A DNA stretch of 64,000 nucleotides from a virus. Positions 11,901 to 20,899 of the stretch are shown here, piece by piece; position 1 is the stretch's first letter, and each line of letters opens with the position of its first letter. The notes below the pieces were generated by a model that saw nothing but the letters and a program-made list of their open reading frames with translations, had not been told where the DNA came from and did no database searches. Location: IMG/VR virus record IMGVR_UViG_3300031658_000004, positions 2,395 to 66,394 of that record; one strand, 5' to 3'. The position numbers and the translations under genes are program-made.

Positions 11901-13836
11901 AAGTTTGGTAGATAGTATATTAGAATCTGATAGTAAAATACAAGCACTAAAAGAATCTGCAATTGATTCTTTAAATGTAAGGGAAAGTAGTATGTCTTTA
12001 GGTTCTGTAGATTTAGAAGGTAATTTTATAAGAGAAATCCCTAGATTATATACTAGAGAACTTACAAACTCTGATAATGAAGTTGATAGATCACTGAGAT
12101 CTAAAGAATTAGGTAGATCTTTATATTTATTAGGGAAATCTGCTATGGAGTATGAATACTTAAATAGTGTAAAGGATGATTTACTGCTTTTAGAATTAGT
12201 ATTAAAAGAAGGTATGATAGGTGAGGTACAAGAAGATCTTAGAGGTAATCCTGTACAAGAAACTGTAGACCAAGCACGAAAAATATTTGGGAATGCTCAA
12301 CAAAGTTCTTCAGAGTTATTTACAGATATGATAAATGAAACGTTATACGGTAAGAAGATGAAAACTACAGATGCTGTATCTGAATCAGGAGTTAGTTTTA
12401 TTAAAGTAGGGTTAGCAGGTAAATCCTTTTCTTCTATTGCTGCTTTAGGTTTAAAAGTACCAGTTGCTTTAGGTGCTTTAGGAGCAGGTATAATAGGGCT
12501 TCATATACAAAGTGCTAAAGGAATACATTATAATGCTCAACAATTGAAAGAAGCTGAGAAGGCCCTTATCTCTAGAGATCCTAAAGTAAGAGCAATATTA
12601 GAACATTTTGAAGTTGTCCTTATTGATATGTCTAAAAGAAGAGGAGATGAATTAGCTTCAAATTGGAAGTCTAAATATTTAACACAAGATAGATGGTTTG
12701 AGTTTTTAGCTCAAGCTGATAAGATGATCGATGCTACTTTAGCAGTAGCTATGGCGAAGAATCATGGGATAGATGAAAATGGTAACTTAAAACGTTTAGA
12801 TCAATTACCAGAAGGTACTGTATCATTATATGATTCTATTGAGGTAACTGAAAATCCTAAATGGAAGAAAGGAGCTCCTATTGATAAGTATAAGGTTAAA
12901 ATCCCATCTGAAACTGAAGATAGTTATGGATCTTTTAGAGCTAGGGTACATAGAATGAGTAGTAAAGTTAAAGGTACATCAGCACCTGAAGATTTAACTA
13001 CCGCTAAACAACATCTTATTAATAGATTCTTTATGCATTATAGATCATGGTTACCAGGTATTGCTTTAGAGAGATTTGGTAAGACTAAATATGACCATGT
13101 ATTAGAGACATTTGATCAAGGTACTTGGAGAGGCTTCTTTGGTAACTTCGGTCCAGAGACTGGATTTGATGATATGGGGCAATTGCTAGATGTAGAAGTA
13201 GGAGCACATGAATACCTTATGGAAATAGGTACAGATTTAATTAAGATAGGACTTGATGCTAGTATATTTACATTTGCGAAAAAAGGTACAGCACAAATAA
13301 AAGAAAAGAAAGCAAGACATGCCTTTGAGAAACATGTCTTGGATAACGTTGGTAATGAAGAGTATAACTATAAGACTCCCGAAGCTAAGGAGCTTGCATT
13401 TCAAGAGTTCTTGAAAATGAAACAAGGAAACCTCAAAGCCATGATTGCTGAAATAAGAGCCGTTGTTTTACTCTTCTTAATGATGAGTTTCGCAGGTGGG
13501 GATTATGATGATGATGGTAAAACAGATATTAGACAAACTTGGACGGGTAGAAAACTACATAATGTTTTAGGTAGAATTTATCGTGAGACAGCAATATTCT
13601 TAGATCCAACAGAAATGACGGGCCCAAGAGCATCCGGATTACCTATACTCTCATTAGGTAAAGATTTATCTGGGTTAGCAGCTAATAGTTTAGATGAAAT
13701 AAGAGATGCACTTTTTGGAGAAAATGATAAGAATGATTCAAAGCCTGTAGGATATCAATTAATAAAATTTGCACCAGGTATAAATGGATTAGCAAAAGCA
13801 GCGGAGATATACCCTCAATACAAATATGCTAGGTAA
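8923..13836 (+). CDS. Large virion cargo protein with degenerate zincin-like and PD-(D/E)XK nuclease-like domains
   Basis: 1637 aa; LTEEASHF...EA resembles a degenerate HExxH; EQFV...GGTIDILV...IYDWKF...QINAY is a RecB/PD-(D/E)XK signature; follows vRNAP. Confidence 0.7.
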   Translation: MACRIIRDAQGQVETVFNENGLDSKLFHDIKMDLGHDPESALVAYLSVDEYLKSNNIPEQSINMSSPSVRRIIAPFKRNPDSLEAETSKLKSDMLKSRVGDSLNYLFEKLGVDVKVLESVTDVNGEVIDQIAAADIANRMIELTRSGKDLSILTEEASHFIVEVLKAQGHPLYDTMRREVIGTEIYKELMNPSSAHFELYNGNEDLIAREAMGKLIHQELVKGETKENKTFKARLNRWFTKVLEHLNRMFGRAHADPFVQTAHDVLNKNLDSYFNDMSKTVGLENNKFYNEGTRQQNIIGQLSEQADLYQIDKLRIEDLSSKELRRYFTKLSEDGTIERYVGKKGTIYEGKILKQRGSDSTSLKYGNKGSKYRSAAETKIINDMQNIRMSTGTKGHLVMEELIKKLTGQGNVSYADILTQSGPLFTKNQFDILVAGAKFLVKEVKAQQLEINKQTGTTGKFKLITEQFVSDEKNNIGGTIDILVVFSDGSASIYDWKFKSPRIGSNAEMTKGGITITGDMYASSLEGYDNQINAYKNALLSKYGVTKIRHSRIVPISVMFKRDENNIMTDTITYLAMWTGQDTDNRFLEHIPVANEMTEDESINRLIRSEMSRYNDLARKVKHAPYAERSTLEKKMSDSRLIIKRLQIDQEVGAGIVESFKILKKVHSGLGVEEEFTVDENGEAVLNPMYLTDEELKESYEELIHFLAFSSLPEIRATLQQSKSKQDKALLAEMMKASFEISTTIEQMKVHMVNRVDKKARGKNISNIKYNRKGTLEAWIPSSAHKSPYSRYIYDTMHNMKTIMIRKEKELAQEIYEYEQELFAWGESNGYDNIKVFDLLINPDTHNLHPKYTESLYDLKNRAKKDGNIGWMKTYYSADMEYYNKEYKNWENKSFKAIDSLNLSKEAKDAKKQQWQQEYDVLSYDSAWLGNGGQYFTKLNTETASEFLTPAYKQIQANPALKNFYEYHIKKVGEFEKMFGMKLGPTFIANVQQSLVDSILESDSKIQALKESAIDSLNVRESSMSLGSVDLEGNFIREIPRLYTRELTNSDNEVDRSLRSKELGRSLYLLGKSAMEYEYLNSVKDDLLLLELVLKEGMIGEVQEDLRGNPVQETVDQARKIFGNAQQSSSELFTDMINETLYGKKMKTTDAVSESGVSFIKVGLAGKSFSSIAALGLKVPVALGALGAGIIGLHIQSAKGIHYNAQQLKEAEKALISRDPKVRAILEHFEVVLIDMSKRRGDELASNWKSKYLTQDRWFEFLAQADKMIDATLAVAMAKNHGIDENGNLKRLDQLPEGTVSLYDSIEVTENPKWKKGAPIDKYKVKIPSETEDSYGSFRARVHRMSSKVKGTSAPEDLTTAKQHLINRFFMHYRSWLPGIALERFGKTKYDHVLETFDQGTWRGFFGNFGPETGFDDMGQLLDVEVGAHEYLMEIGTDLIKIGLDASIFTFAKKGTAQIKEKKARHAFEKHVLDNVGNEEYNYKTPEAKELAFQEFLKMKQGNLKAMIAEIRAVVLLFLMMSFAGGDYDDDGKTDIRQTWTGRKLHNVLGRIYRETAIFLDPTEMTGPRASGLPILSLGKDLSGLAANSLDEIRDALFGENDKNDSKPVGYQLIKFAPGINGLAKAAEIYPQYKYAR

Positions 13837-13887
13837 TATTTGGATAATTAATAATAAAAAAAGGAAACATTAAATAAATAAAAAACA

Positions 13888-16296
13888 ATGAACATAACAC
13901 TAAGCGTATCACTACGCAATGGAAGCACACAAAACATACAAAGTCAATATATAGTATATATGGGACCATCTAGAAATGGAGTATATACTTTAGCTTACAT
14001 GGCAGATGAGAGATTAGCTCAAATAGAGATAACAGATCTTCCATCTTCTTTAGAAAATAAAGTCTCATATTTAGCTGAGATATCTAATAATATTTTTAGT
14101 CTTATAAATTCTAATTATATATCTTCTACAGTAGATAATGGTAGTAATCAGAGGATTAAATATCAAATTCCTAATGGAAGACTTGTAGATCTAGGTACAG
14201 TAGAGATGACTTTAAATTCTTTACATACAGAGATGAGTAAAAGTACAATTAAATCTCAGTTAGAAGCACTTATAGCAGCTAATACAAATATAACTACTGG
14301 ATTAGATAATGTTGATAATACAAGTGATATTAATAAACCAATATCATCAGCCGTACAAACAGCCTTAGATGGTAAAACTACTGAAACTTATGTAGATACA
14401 CAAATAACAAATGTAATTGCATCTGCACCTGGAGCTTTAGACACATTAAATGAATTAGCTGCTGCCCTTGGTGATGATGCTGACCTTGCAGGAACAATGA
14501 CTACATCTCTTGCAGGTAAGGTAGATGATTCACAGGTGTTGACTAACGTACCTTCTGGAGCATTGTTTACTGATACTAACACTACATACTCTGTAGGAGA
14601 TGGTGGTCTGTCACAGATTAACTTTACCTCAGCAGACAATACAAAGCTAGACGGTATAGAGACAGGTGCTACAGCAGACCAAACCGCTTCACAAATTACT
14701 GCTTTAGGTATTGCAGCTACTAGTGTAACCGGGAGTCAAGCTTCTGCTATAACAGCCAACACATCCAAGGTAACTAATGCTACCCACACTGGAGATGTAA
14801 CAGGTGATACAGTTCTTACTATTGCTACTGATGCAGTAGACATAGCAATGTTATCTGCAACAGGTACAGCATCAGCTACAACTTTCCTTCGTGGAGATAA
14901 TACTTGGGTTAATCCTGGTGGTGGTGTTGATGGTGGTCTTCAGACTGATGATGGTTTGGTTTTAGGTGGTACACTAAAGTCTATCACAGATGGGTCTTCT
15001 AATGCTACAGGTTTAAAACTTGGAACAGGAACATCTATTGAAGTAACAAAAAGAATATCACAAACAGGGTTAGGTAATTCTACTCTATTTGGGGAAGATG
15101 CTGGATTAAATGATAATGGTGCAACAAAATATAATTCGGCTTACGGATATAATTCACTAAGAGGAACTACTTCTGGAAATAATAACACCGCTACAGGTAT
15201 GGATTCCCTTAGATATAATACAACCGGTTCTGACAGCTCGGCTTTTGGTAGGGGTGCTTTGAGAAATAGTATAACCGCTACTGCTAACTCTGCTTTTGGA
15301 AAGTACGCGATGATGAATACTGTTTCGAATTATAATACTGCTTTTGGGTCTACGAGTTTATACGCTAACACTACAGGAACTAATAACGTTTCACAAGGGG
15401 AGTCGTCAATGCGAAATAGTACTACAGGTTCTGATAATGTTGCCATAGGAAAGAATGCTATTTATAATGGAACAACTGGTTCTTCTAATGTCGCGTTAGG
15501 TTCCTCAGCTTTATATAATAATCAAGGAGGAGCTTCTAATGTTGCCATAGGAGTTAGTGCTAATAGCCAAAGAGCAAATAATGTTAGTAATATAGCTATA
15601 GGACCTTGGTCTTTACAAGGGAGTAATAATTTGAATTGGGCAGTAGGTATAGGTGGTAATGCATTACGAGGTAGTAATGTTGGTCATTACAGTGTTGGAA
15701 TAGGGGATAGTGCAGGAAGGAATTCTTCAGGAAATGGTTGTGTATTTTTAGGTTACCAAGCAGGATACGGAAGCACGGTAGCTAATTCACTTTTTATTGC
15801 CAACACAAACACATCAACGCCATTAATACATGGGAACTTTGGAACAAGTGAATTAACTATAAATGGAGAACTTACTGTAGATAGTAGAAAAATGAAATTA
15901 TCCGGTGCCACTGTTGGTGCTAGTGATGGTGATGTAGTTTACTTTGGTGGTACTACAGGTATGACTATTGGTACTTTATATCACTATAAATCAGATGGAA
16001 CTTGGGAACCAACAAATGCAAACGCAGTCGCAACTTGTGATGGGTTATTAGGAGTAGCATTAGGAGCTGCTTCAGATACAAATGGAATGTTATTAAGAGG
16101 TATGGTAACACTTAGTCATGACCCAGGTGCTATTGGGGATGTATTATTTTTATCCGCTGCAACCAATGGACTAACTACTGCAACTGCTCCTACTGGGAGT
16201 GCTGATATAGTCCGTGTTATAGGGTATCAAGTTAATCACGCATCTCAAGGAGAAATATGGTTTAATCCAGATAGTACTTACGTAGAACTAGCATAA
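13888..16296 (+). CDS. Tail fibre / receptor-binding protein
   Basis: Phage fibre motifs GLDNVDNTSDINKPIS, APGALDTLNELAAALGDD, TTFLRGDNTW; ~14-aa NxAxGxxAL repeats (YadA-head-like beta-roll). Confidence 0.85.
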   Translation: MNITLSVSLRNGSTQNIQSQYIVYMGPSRNGVYTLAYMADERLAQIEITDLPSSLENKVSYLAEISNNIFSLINSNYISSTVDNGSNQRIKYQIPNGRLVDLGTVEMTLNSLHTEMSKSTIKSQLEALIAANTNITTGLDNVDNTSDINKPISSAVQTALDGKTTETYVDTQITNVIASAPGALDTLNELAAALGDDADLAGTMTTSLAGKVDDSQVLTNVPSGALFTDTNTTYSVGDGGLSQINFTSADNTKLDGIETGATADQTASQITALGIAATSVTGSQASAITANTSKVTNATHTGDVTGDTVLTIATDAVDIAMLSATGTASATTFLRGDNTWVNPGGGVDGGLQTDDGLVLGGTLKSITDGSSNATGLKLGTGTSIEVTKRISQTGLGNSTLFGEDAGLNDNGATKYNSAYGYNSLRGTTSGNNNTATGMDSLRYNTTGSDSSAFGRGALRNSITATANSAFGKYAMMNTVSNYNTAFGSTSLYANTTGTNNVSQGESSMRNSTTGSDNVAIGKNAIYNGTTGSSNVALGSSALYNNQGGASNVAIGVSANSQRANNVSNIAIGPWSLQGSNNLNWAVGIGGNALRGSNVGHYSVGIGDSAGRNSSGNGCVFLGYQAGYGSTVANSLFIANTNTSTPLIHGNFGTSELTINGELTVDSRKMKLSGATVGASDGDVVYFGGTTGMTIGTLYHYKSDGTWEPTNANAVATCDGLLGVALGAASDTNGMLLRGMVTLSHDPGAIGDVLFLSAATNGLTTATAPTGSADIVRVIGYQVNHASQGEIWFNPDSTYVELA

Positions 16297-16303
16297 TATA
16301 AAT

Positions 16304-17197
16304 ATGGCCTACGAGAAAATAAATAGTGTAACAAATGCCAATATGGCTAAAGTATCTAGTGTAGCGAAAGCATCATTAGGTAAATTAGTTAGCGTAGCGG
16401 CTCCTATAGGTGACACCGCGCCTGTTACAGATGGACTTATAGGGTATTGGAGAGGAGGCGAAGGCGTGACTACTGATACGAGTGGGGGTACTACCACGGT
16501 TAGCCAATGGGATAACATAGCAAGTGCTAAGGGTGGGGTAGCTGATCAAACTTGGCATATGACACAAAGTACAAAAGCAGATCAACCCACATACAATTCT
16601 GGTGCTGGATTACTTAATTGGGCTGGGGGCTCAGATATACAAAACTTAGTATTTGATCAAACTAAAGTGAATTATAATGTAAATTACACTGTTATAATTT
16701 TAACAGATATATCTGCTATTGGGTTTGGAGTACATTTAGGGGGTAGTAGTGTACAAGGTTACCTGCGTACATCATCTTCTTTAAACGCTCCTTATTATAG
16801 ACATGGTGGTATTGTTCTTTGGAGACCACCATACTCTACAGCAGATTCAGATTTGGTTAACAACGCTAATTTTGATTTAATAGGTTGGTCCTGGGCAGCC
16901 AACCCTTCTAACGCATCAGGATTAGGGTTTATAACAGGTCAACACTTGTTCCGCGAAAACCAAGATGCGGACCCTAGTAATGCTTCTTATTTTTCATCTC
17001 CATCAAATAAACCTCTGTACATGTTGGGGGGATATGGAGGGCAAAGTGGAAGCGTTATTGCACAAGATATAAAAGAGGTTATGATTTTTAACAAGCAACT
17101 AAACCAAACCGAAACTACGGCTATATATAATTACTGTAATGAACTAGTAACTTTAGACGGGCCTCCTGCTAACTTGAATTACTATGGAACACCATAA
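16304..17197 (+). CDS. LamG/concanavalin-like lectin-domain virion protein
   Basis: GLIGYW...VSQWDN...IKEVMIFNKQLNQTE pattern of phage LamG-like domains; N-terminal KIN-repeat leader. Confidence 0.7.
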   Translation: MAYEKINSVTNANMAKVSSVAKASLGKLVSVAAPIGDTAPVTDGLIGYWRGGEGVTTDTSGGTTTVSQWDNIASAKGGVADQTWHMTQSTKADQPTYNSGAGLLNWAGGSDIQNLVFDQTKVNYNVNYTVIILTDISAIGFGVHLGGSSVQGYLRTSSSLNAPYYRHGGIVLWRPPYSTADSDLVNNANFDLIGWSWAANPSNASGLGFITGQHLFRENQDADPSNASYFSSPSNKPLYMLGGYGGQSGSVIAQDIKEVMIFNKQLNQTETTAIYNYCNELVTLDGPPANLNYYGTP

Positions 17198-17211
17198 AAA
17201 AAAATAAACTT

Positions 17212-17451
17212 ATGTGGATATACAATACAGATAGAACAAAATTAGAAGCGGCAAATGCATCTATAGATAGTGGATTAGGATACCCAACTAGTACGACTAC
17301 AACATGGGCCCAAGTTATAGAAAGTAATAGTGATACTTATATATTAAAAGTATCAGAATTTGTAAAACAATATTTAACATCTGAGCAATTGGGTTTGATA
17401 GTAAACGATCTCCCTAGTGAATTTGTAATAGAAGAAGCTGACTTAATATAA
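17212..17451 (+). CDS. Small hypothetical protein (possible fibre partner/chaperone)
   Basis: 79 aa ORF tightly packed after the LamG gene. Confidence 0.6.
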   Translation: MWIYNTDRTKLEAANASIDSGLGYPTSTTTTWAQVIESNSDTYILKVSEFVKQYLTSEQLGLIVNDLPSEFVIEEADLI

Positions 17452-17454
17452 ACT

Positions 17455-18282
17455 ATGGGATACTCAAAAATAAATAATATAACAACCGCTACTTGGTCTA
17501 AGATTAATAATGTGGCTAAAGCGGCATTAGATAAAATAATTGATACAGCTGGCGTATTTGTTAGCTCTTGGGCGGGTAATAGTAAATCATTAGACTTTGA
17601 TGGTACTAATGATACTGCTATTAGTGCTAGTAATATAGACGTAGATGTTATGAACAGAAGGACTAAAAGTATATCTTTCTGGTTTCAATCATCAAACATT
17701 AGCGGTCACCAACATTTATTTTGTTTTGGAGCAAATGTAATGACTGTGTCTGTTATTGGCAATAATCTATACATTTATCACGCACTCACACATGCACTTA
17801 GTGATCTGAAACCTCACTGGTCTCATAGAACCAAGTGGTATAACACTGGGGCATGGGTCAACCTCACATTTACGATTAGCACTCCTGGTGGTAACGGAAC
17901 GGCATCTGTGGGTAAAGTATACATCGATGCGGTTGAAGTTATATCAGCAACACACTCCCAGACTCAATCCGATTATCCTGCGGCTAAAGTAAGCGCTGGG
18001 GCACAAAATAACGGATATAATTTCTGGGCTAGTAAAATAGATGAAATTGGATGGTGGGATAATGTAGCGTTGAGTCCAGCTGAAGTGACCGCAATATATA
18101 ACAGTGGAGCACCTCTGGATTTGTCTGTAGATTCTGGAAATTATAGCAGTAGTAGCTCCTTAGCACATTGGTGGAGAATGGGAGATGGAGACACGTACCC
18201 TATTATTCAAGACAAAGTAGGTAGTCTTGATTTAACCATGACGAATATGGTTGCTGGAGATATAGTAACAGACGTACCTTAA
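17455..18282 (+). CDS. LamG-like jellyroll virion protein
   Basis: SLDFDGTND...SISFWF...IDEIGWWDNVALSPAEVTAIYNSGAP...WWRMGDGD; N-terminus similar to 16304 ORF. Confidence 0.8.
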   Translation: MGYSKINNITTATWSKINNVAKAALDKIIDTAGVFVSSWAGNSKSLDFDGTNDTAISASNIDVDVMNRRTKSISFWFQSSNISGHQHLFCFGANVMTVSVIGNNLYIYHALTHALSDLKPHWSHRTKWYNTGAWVNLTFTISTPGGNGTASVGKVYIDAVEVISATHSQTQSDYPAAKVSAGAQNNGYNFWASKIDEIGWWDNVALSPAEVTAIYNSGAPLDLSVDSGNYSSSSSLAHWWRMGDGDTYPIIQDKVGSLDLTMTNMVAGDIVTDVP

Positions 18283-18293
18283 ATAATAAAAAA

Positions 18294-18545
18294 ATGGCCC
18301 ACGAAAATAGAAAATACGTAATATTAAATGCAGCAGACGTTATCTTGATTGATTTCTCACAAGTGCATGAAACATCTGAAAATACTCTTAGGTATTCGTT
18401 AGACAATTCACAAACTTTTGTAAAGTTCGAAGGTGATACTCCAAGTTTTTTAAATGGTAAGACAGCATATACCCACAGTGAGATACTAGCTATTTTAGCT
18501 GGTACCGATTGGACTGAAGAATTTGATTTACCAGACGAGGATTAA
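18294..18545 (+). CDS. Small phage protein typically found after LamG tail genes
   Basis: 83 aa; IDFSQVHETS..TLRYSLD..FVKFEG.TPSFL...YTHSEILAIL pattern recalled from marine phage tail cassettes. Confidence 0.65.
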   Translation: MAHENRKYVILNAADVILIDFSQVHETSENTLRYSLDNSQTFVKFEGDTPSFLNGKTAYTHSEILAILAGTDWTEEFDLPDED

Positions 18546-18575
18546 ATAATAATTTAAACATAAAAAATAATAGAA

Positions 18576-18767
18576 ATGACACAAGAAGAACAAATAGCAC
18601 AAGACTATTCAGCAATGTTAGATAGTGCTACCTTAATTGATTCAATGGAAGGCGTTACAGATGAAGATGGAGTAGTAGAACGCAACGTAGCACATTTGGA
18701 AATAATGTTAGCTAAAGATTTTTGGACTACTGAGGATTTATCAGTATTTGATAAATATGTAGTATAG
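18576..18767 (+). CDS. Small acidic hypothetical protein (tail-associated)
   Basis: 63 aa, last gene before the convergent terminator. Confidence 0.6.
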   Translation: MTQEEQIAQDYSAMLDSATLIDSMEGVTDEDGVVERNVAHLEIMLAKDFWTTEDLSVFDKYVV

Positions 18768-18792
18768 GGATTAATAGAAATAGATGCACAGT

Positions 18793-18820
18793 AAAAAGGG
18801 GGGACTTAATCCCCCCTAAA
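18793..18820. terminator. Intrinsic terminator between convergent late and early blocks
   Basis: AAAAA-GGGGGGA-CTTAA-TCCCCCC; U-tract is on the minus strand. Confidence 0.8.
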
Positions 18821-18822
18821 CT

Positions 18823-19275
18823 TTACTTTTCTTCAACTATTGCCATCTTCAATAACAGTAAATAACCTATTAAGTCATCTACTGTGTCTTCAGTTTCATC
18901 ATGAAGTCCTGTATTACTTATTCTAGATAATTTATCATCTATCCTAGCACATATAGCTTCTTTAGCACTTAACTTACTAAATACATTAGTAGGGTTTAAG
19001 GCAGTGTTGCCATAAGCTCTATTTTTACGTATTAATAGGTCGGTTATACTTCTAGTAGCATTCAAAACTTTCATTCCAAAATCTGGTTTATCTGATGTTT
19101 TAATATCAATATCATAATCTGAACCATTTACGAGCTCAGCTTTAGGGATAAGCATCTTAGGATTTATTGGATTTGTTGCTGTTGGTGTCCATCCATTTCT
19201 ACCTTCTTCATGATAGAGTGCATTATGCACTTCTTTTTTATTACTGCATCCGCAGCCTTTCTTTTTATCTGTCAT
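18823..19275 (-). CDS. Nucleotide-modification-associated domain (Nmad1/DUF1599-like, MazG-like fold) protein
   Basis: LLIRKNRAYGN...RIDDKLSRI...EDTVDDLIGYLLL. Confidence 0.7.
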   Translation of the reverse strand: MTDKKKGCGCSNKKEVHNALYHEEGRNGWTPTATNPINPKMLIPKAELVNGSDYDIDIKTSDKPDFGMKVLNATRSITDLLIRKNRAYGNTALNPTNVFSKLSAKEAICARIDDKLSRISNTGLHDETEDTVDDLIGYLLLLKMAIVEEK

Positions 19276-20036
19276 ATTAATGGGTTTTTATTAAATTCAT
19301 ATACTGATGGGTCAAAGATATCTTTTTCGAAATCTATGGCGGTTAATAATTCTGAGTCTTGTTCTATGTCTGCATTTAAATAGGTTTCTAAAAACTCCCT
19401 ACGTTTAGAAGACTTGTATAATACCTGTCCTATTGAGCTATTACGGGGCATACCATGAAAACTTAAAATTCTGTCTTTATATTTAATAGAGAGTTCAGAG
19501 TATTTACCTTTCTTTAGTTTATTCCAGTTTCTCATATGCTCTTTAGGAACATTAAAGACAAATAATACATGATACGTATCAAAATCTATCATTTCTTTAT
19601 AATAAGAGAACTGTTTAACAGCTTTCTCAAATTTTAAGAATAATGGATCTCCTGAGAATCTAAACAATAGACAGATTACATTTCTTTCATCTTTATATCC
19701 AATAAAAGCATTCATAAATAGTGTATCCCAAAAGAACATAGCTTTCTTTTCTCCAAGCATAGGAAGAATATATGTACTAATCTTATTTCTTTTATCCGTG
19801 GATAATACATAAGTAAGTATATTATTATTCTCTCGCGCTTCTATATTATTTACAAGATATTTAGACTTTTTAACCCTAACAGTAAGGCCAGTTTGTAAGT
19901 ATAACCCTTCATCTCCTTCTAAGGCAGTTATTTTACTATCGGCTTTGTGTTCAATTAACTTTTTAGTCCCTCCTGATATCCTAAAGGATAATGCATCTAT
20001 AATTGTATATACTAGAGTTTTTATTTCTATGCCCAT
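19272..20036 (-). CDS. Hypothetical protein
   Basis: 254 aa, overlaps neighbours in operon. Confidence 0.6.
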   Translation of the reverse strand: MGIEIKTLVYTIIDALSFRISGGTKKLIEHKADSKITALEGDEGLYLQTGLTVRVKKSKYLVNNIEARENNNILTYVLSTDKRNKISTYILPMLGEKKAMFFWDTLFMNAFIGYKDERNVICLLFRFSGDPLFLKFEKAVKQFSYYKEMIDFDTYHVLFVFNVPKEHMRNWNKLKKGKYSELSIKYKDRILSFHGMPRNSSIGQVLYKSSKRREFLETYLNADIEQDSELLTAIDFEKDIFDPSVYEFNKNPLI

Positions 20037-20779
20037 AAGTCTTCGTCGTTTTTAAGAAGTTCTAGTTCGTTTGTTATTAAATTTGGTAGTGGTAAATTAG
20101 TTTCTAAGTATGCTTCTTCTTTAGTCCTTAATATATATACTAACTTAAATGTTTCAGCAAATCTATGAATTCCTTCGTGGTTTCCAAACTTTTCTTGATA
20201 CTTTTTTAGAACAAAACCTCCCATATCTTCTTTTACCTCTGATAACCATTTATCTGCAGTCTTTTCTCCTACCTTGGGAATTCCTAGTATACCATCTGTA
20301 GAATCTCCCATTAACATTTGTTTCCAAAGGAATTTTTCTGCGTCTTCTTCACTAGTAACTATGAATTCACCTGTTCTATAATTAAAATGTCTTCCTGGTA
20401 TTTGGTACAGCACATCTTTATCAGGTGATGCTATCCCATAATTTACACAGTCTTCTCTATATATAGCTACAAGATCATCAGCTTCTAATTGAGAGAAATA
20501 GATACACCCCCAGCGTTGTTTTAAGTATTCTTTAATTGCTGGGAAGATAATAGGCTTATCACCATGTTTTCTATTTCCTTTATACGGCCTTGTTGTAGCG
20601 CGGTCATATCTAAAGCATTTACCTTGTGTTAGAAATCCTGCATATTTAGTAGTATTAAATGCATTTAATATAGTATGCATTCTGTTATCTATTCCTAGTA
20701 GAGCCTCTTCTAATGTTGGCTTATTCATTTCAAAATAGATTAAACTATCTGCATCTATTAGTACGGTTGTATCTTTCAT
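20027..20779 (-). CDS. 5'-3' exonuclease / RNase H (T7 gp6/T5-like flap endonuclease)
   Basis: LIDADS, YKGNRK, EADD, SPDKD, GDSTDGILGIPKVGEKTA. Confidence 0.9.
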   Translation of the reverse strand: MKDTTVLIDADSLIYFEMNKPTLEEALLGIDNRMHTILNAFNTTKYAGFLTQGKCFRYDRATTRPYKGNRKHGDKPIIFPAIKEYLKQRWGCIYFSQLEADDLVAIYREDCVNYGIASPDKDVLYQIPGRHFNYRTGEFIVTSEEDAEKFLWKQMLMGDSTDGILGIPKVGEKTADKWLSEVKEDMGGFVLKKYQEKFGNHEGIHRFAETFKLVYILRTKEEAYLETNLPLPNLITNELELLKNDEDLWA

Positions 20780-20804
20780 CTTTTAATTTTTATTAGTAAT
20801 TAGT

Positions 20805-20839
20805 AAAAAAGGAAGGGGGAAGCATAACCTCCCCCAACC
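20805..20839 (-). terminator. Intrinsic terminator after MoxR module
   Basis: Minus strand GGGGGAGG-TTATG-CTTCCCCC-TTCC-TTTTTT. Confidence 0.8.
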
Positions 20840-20899
20840 TATAACAATTAAACAGGGTAACAACACCCTTCACGGTGTATATCCTGAATGTACTCCTGT

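Noticed and set aside
13888-18767. Diversity-generating retroelement or invertible tail cassette
   Set aside because: No reverse transcriptase, recombinase, TR/VR pair or inverted repeats seen in the window
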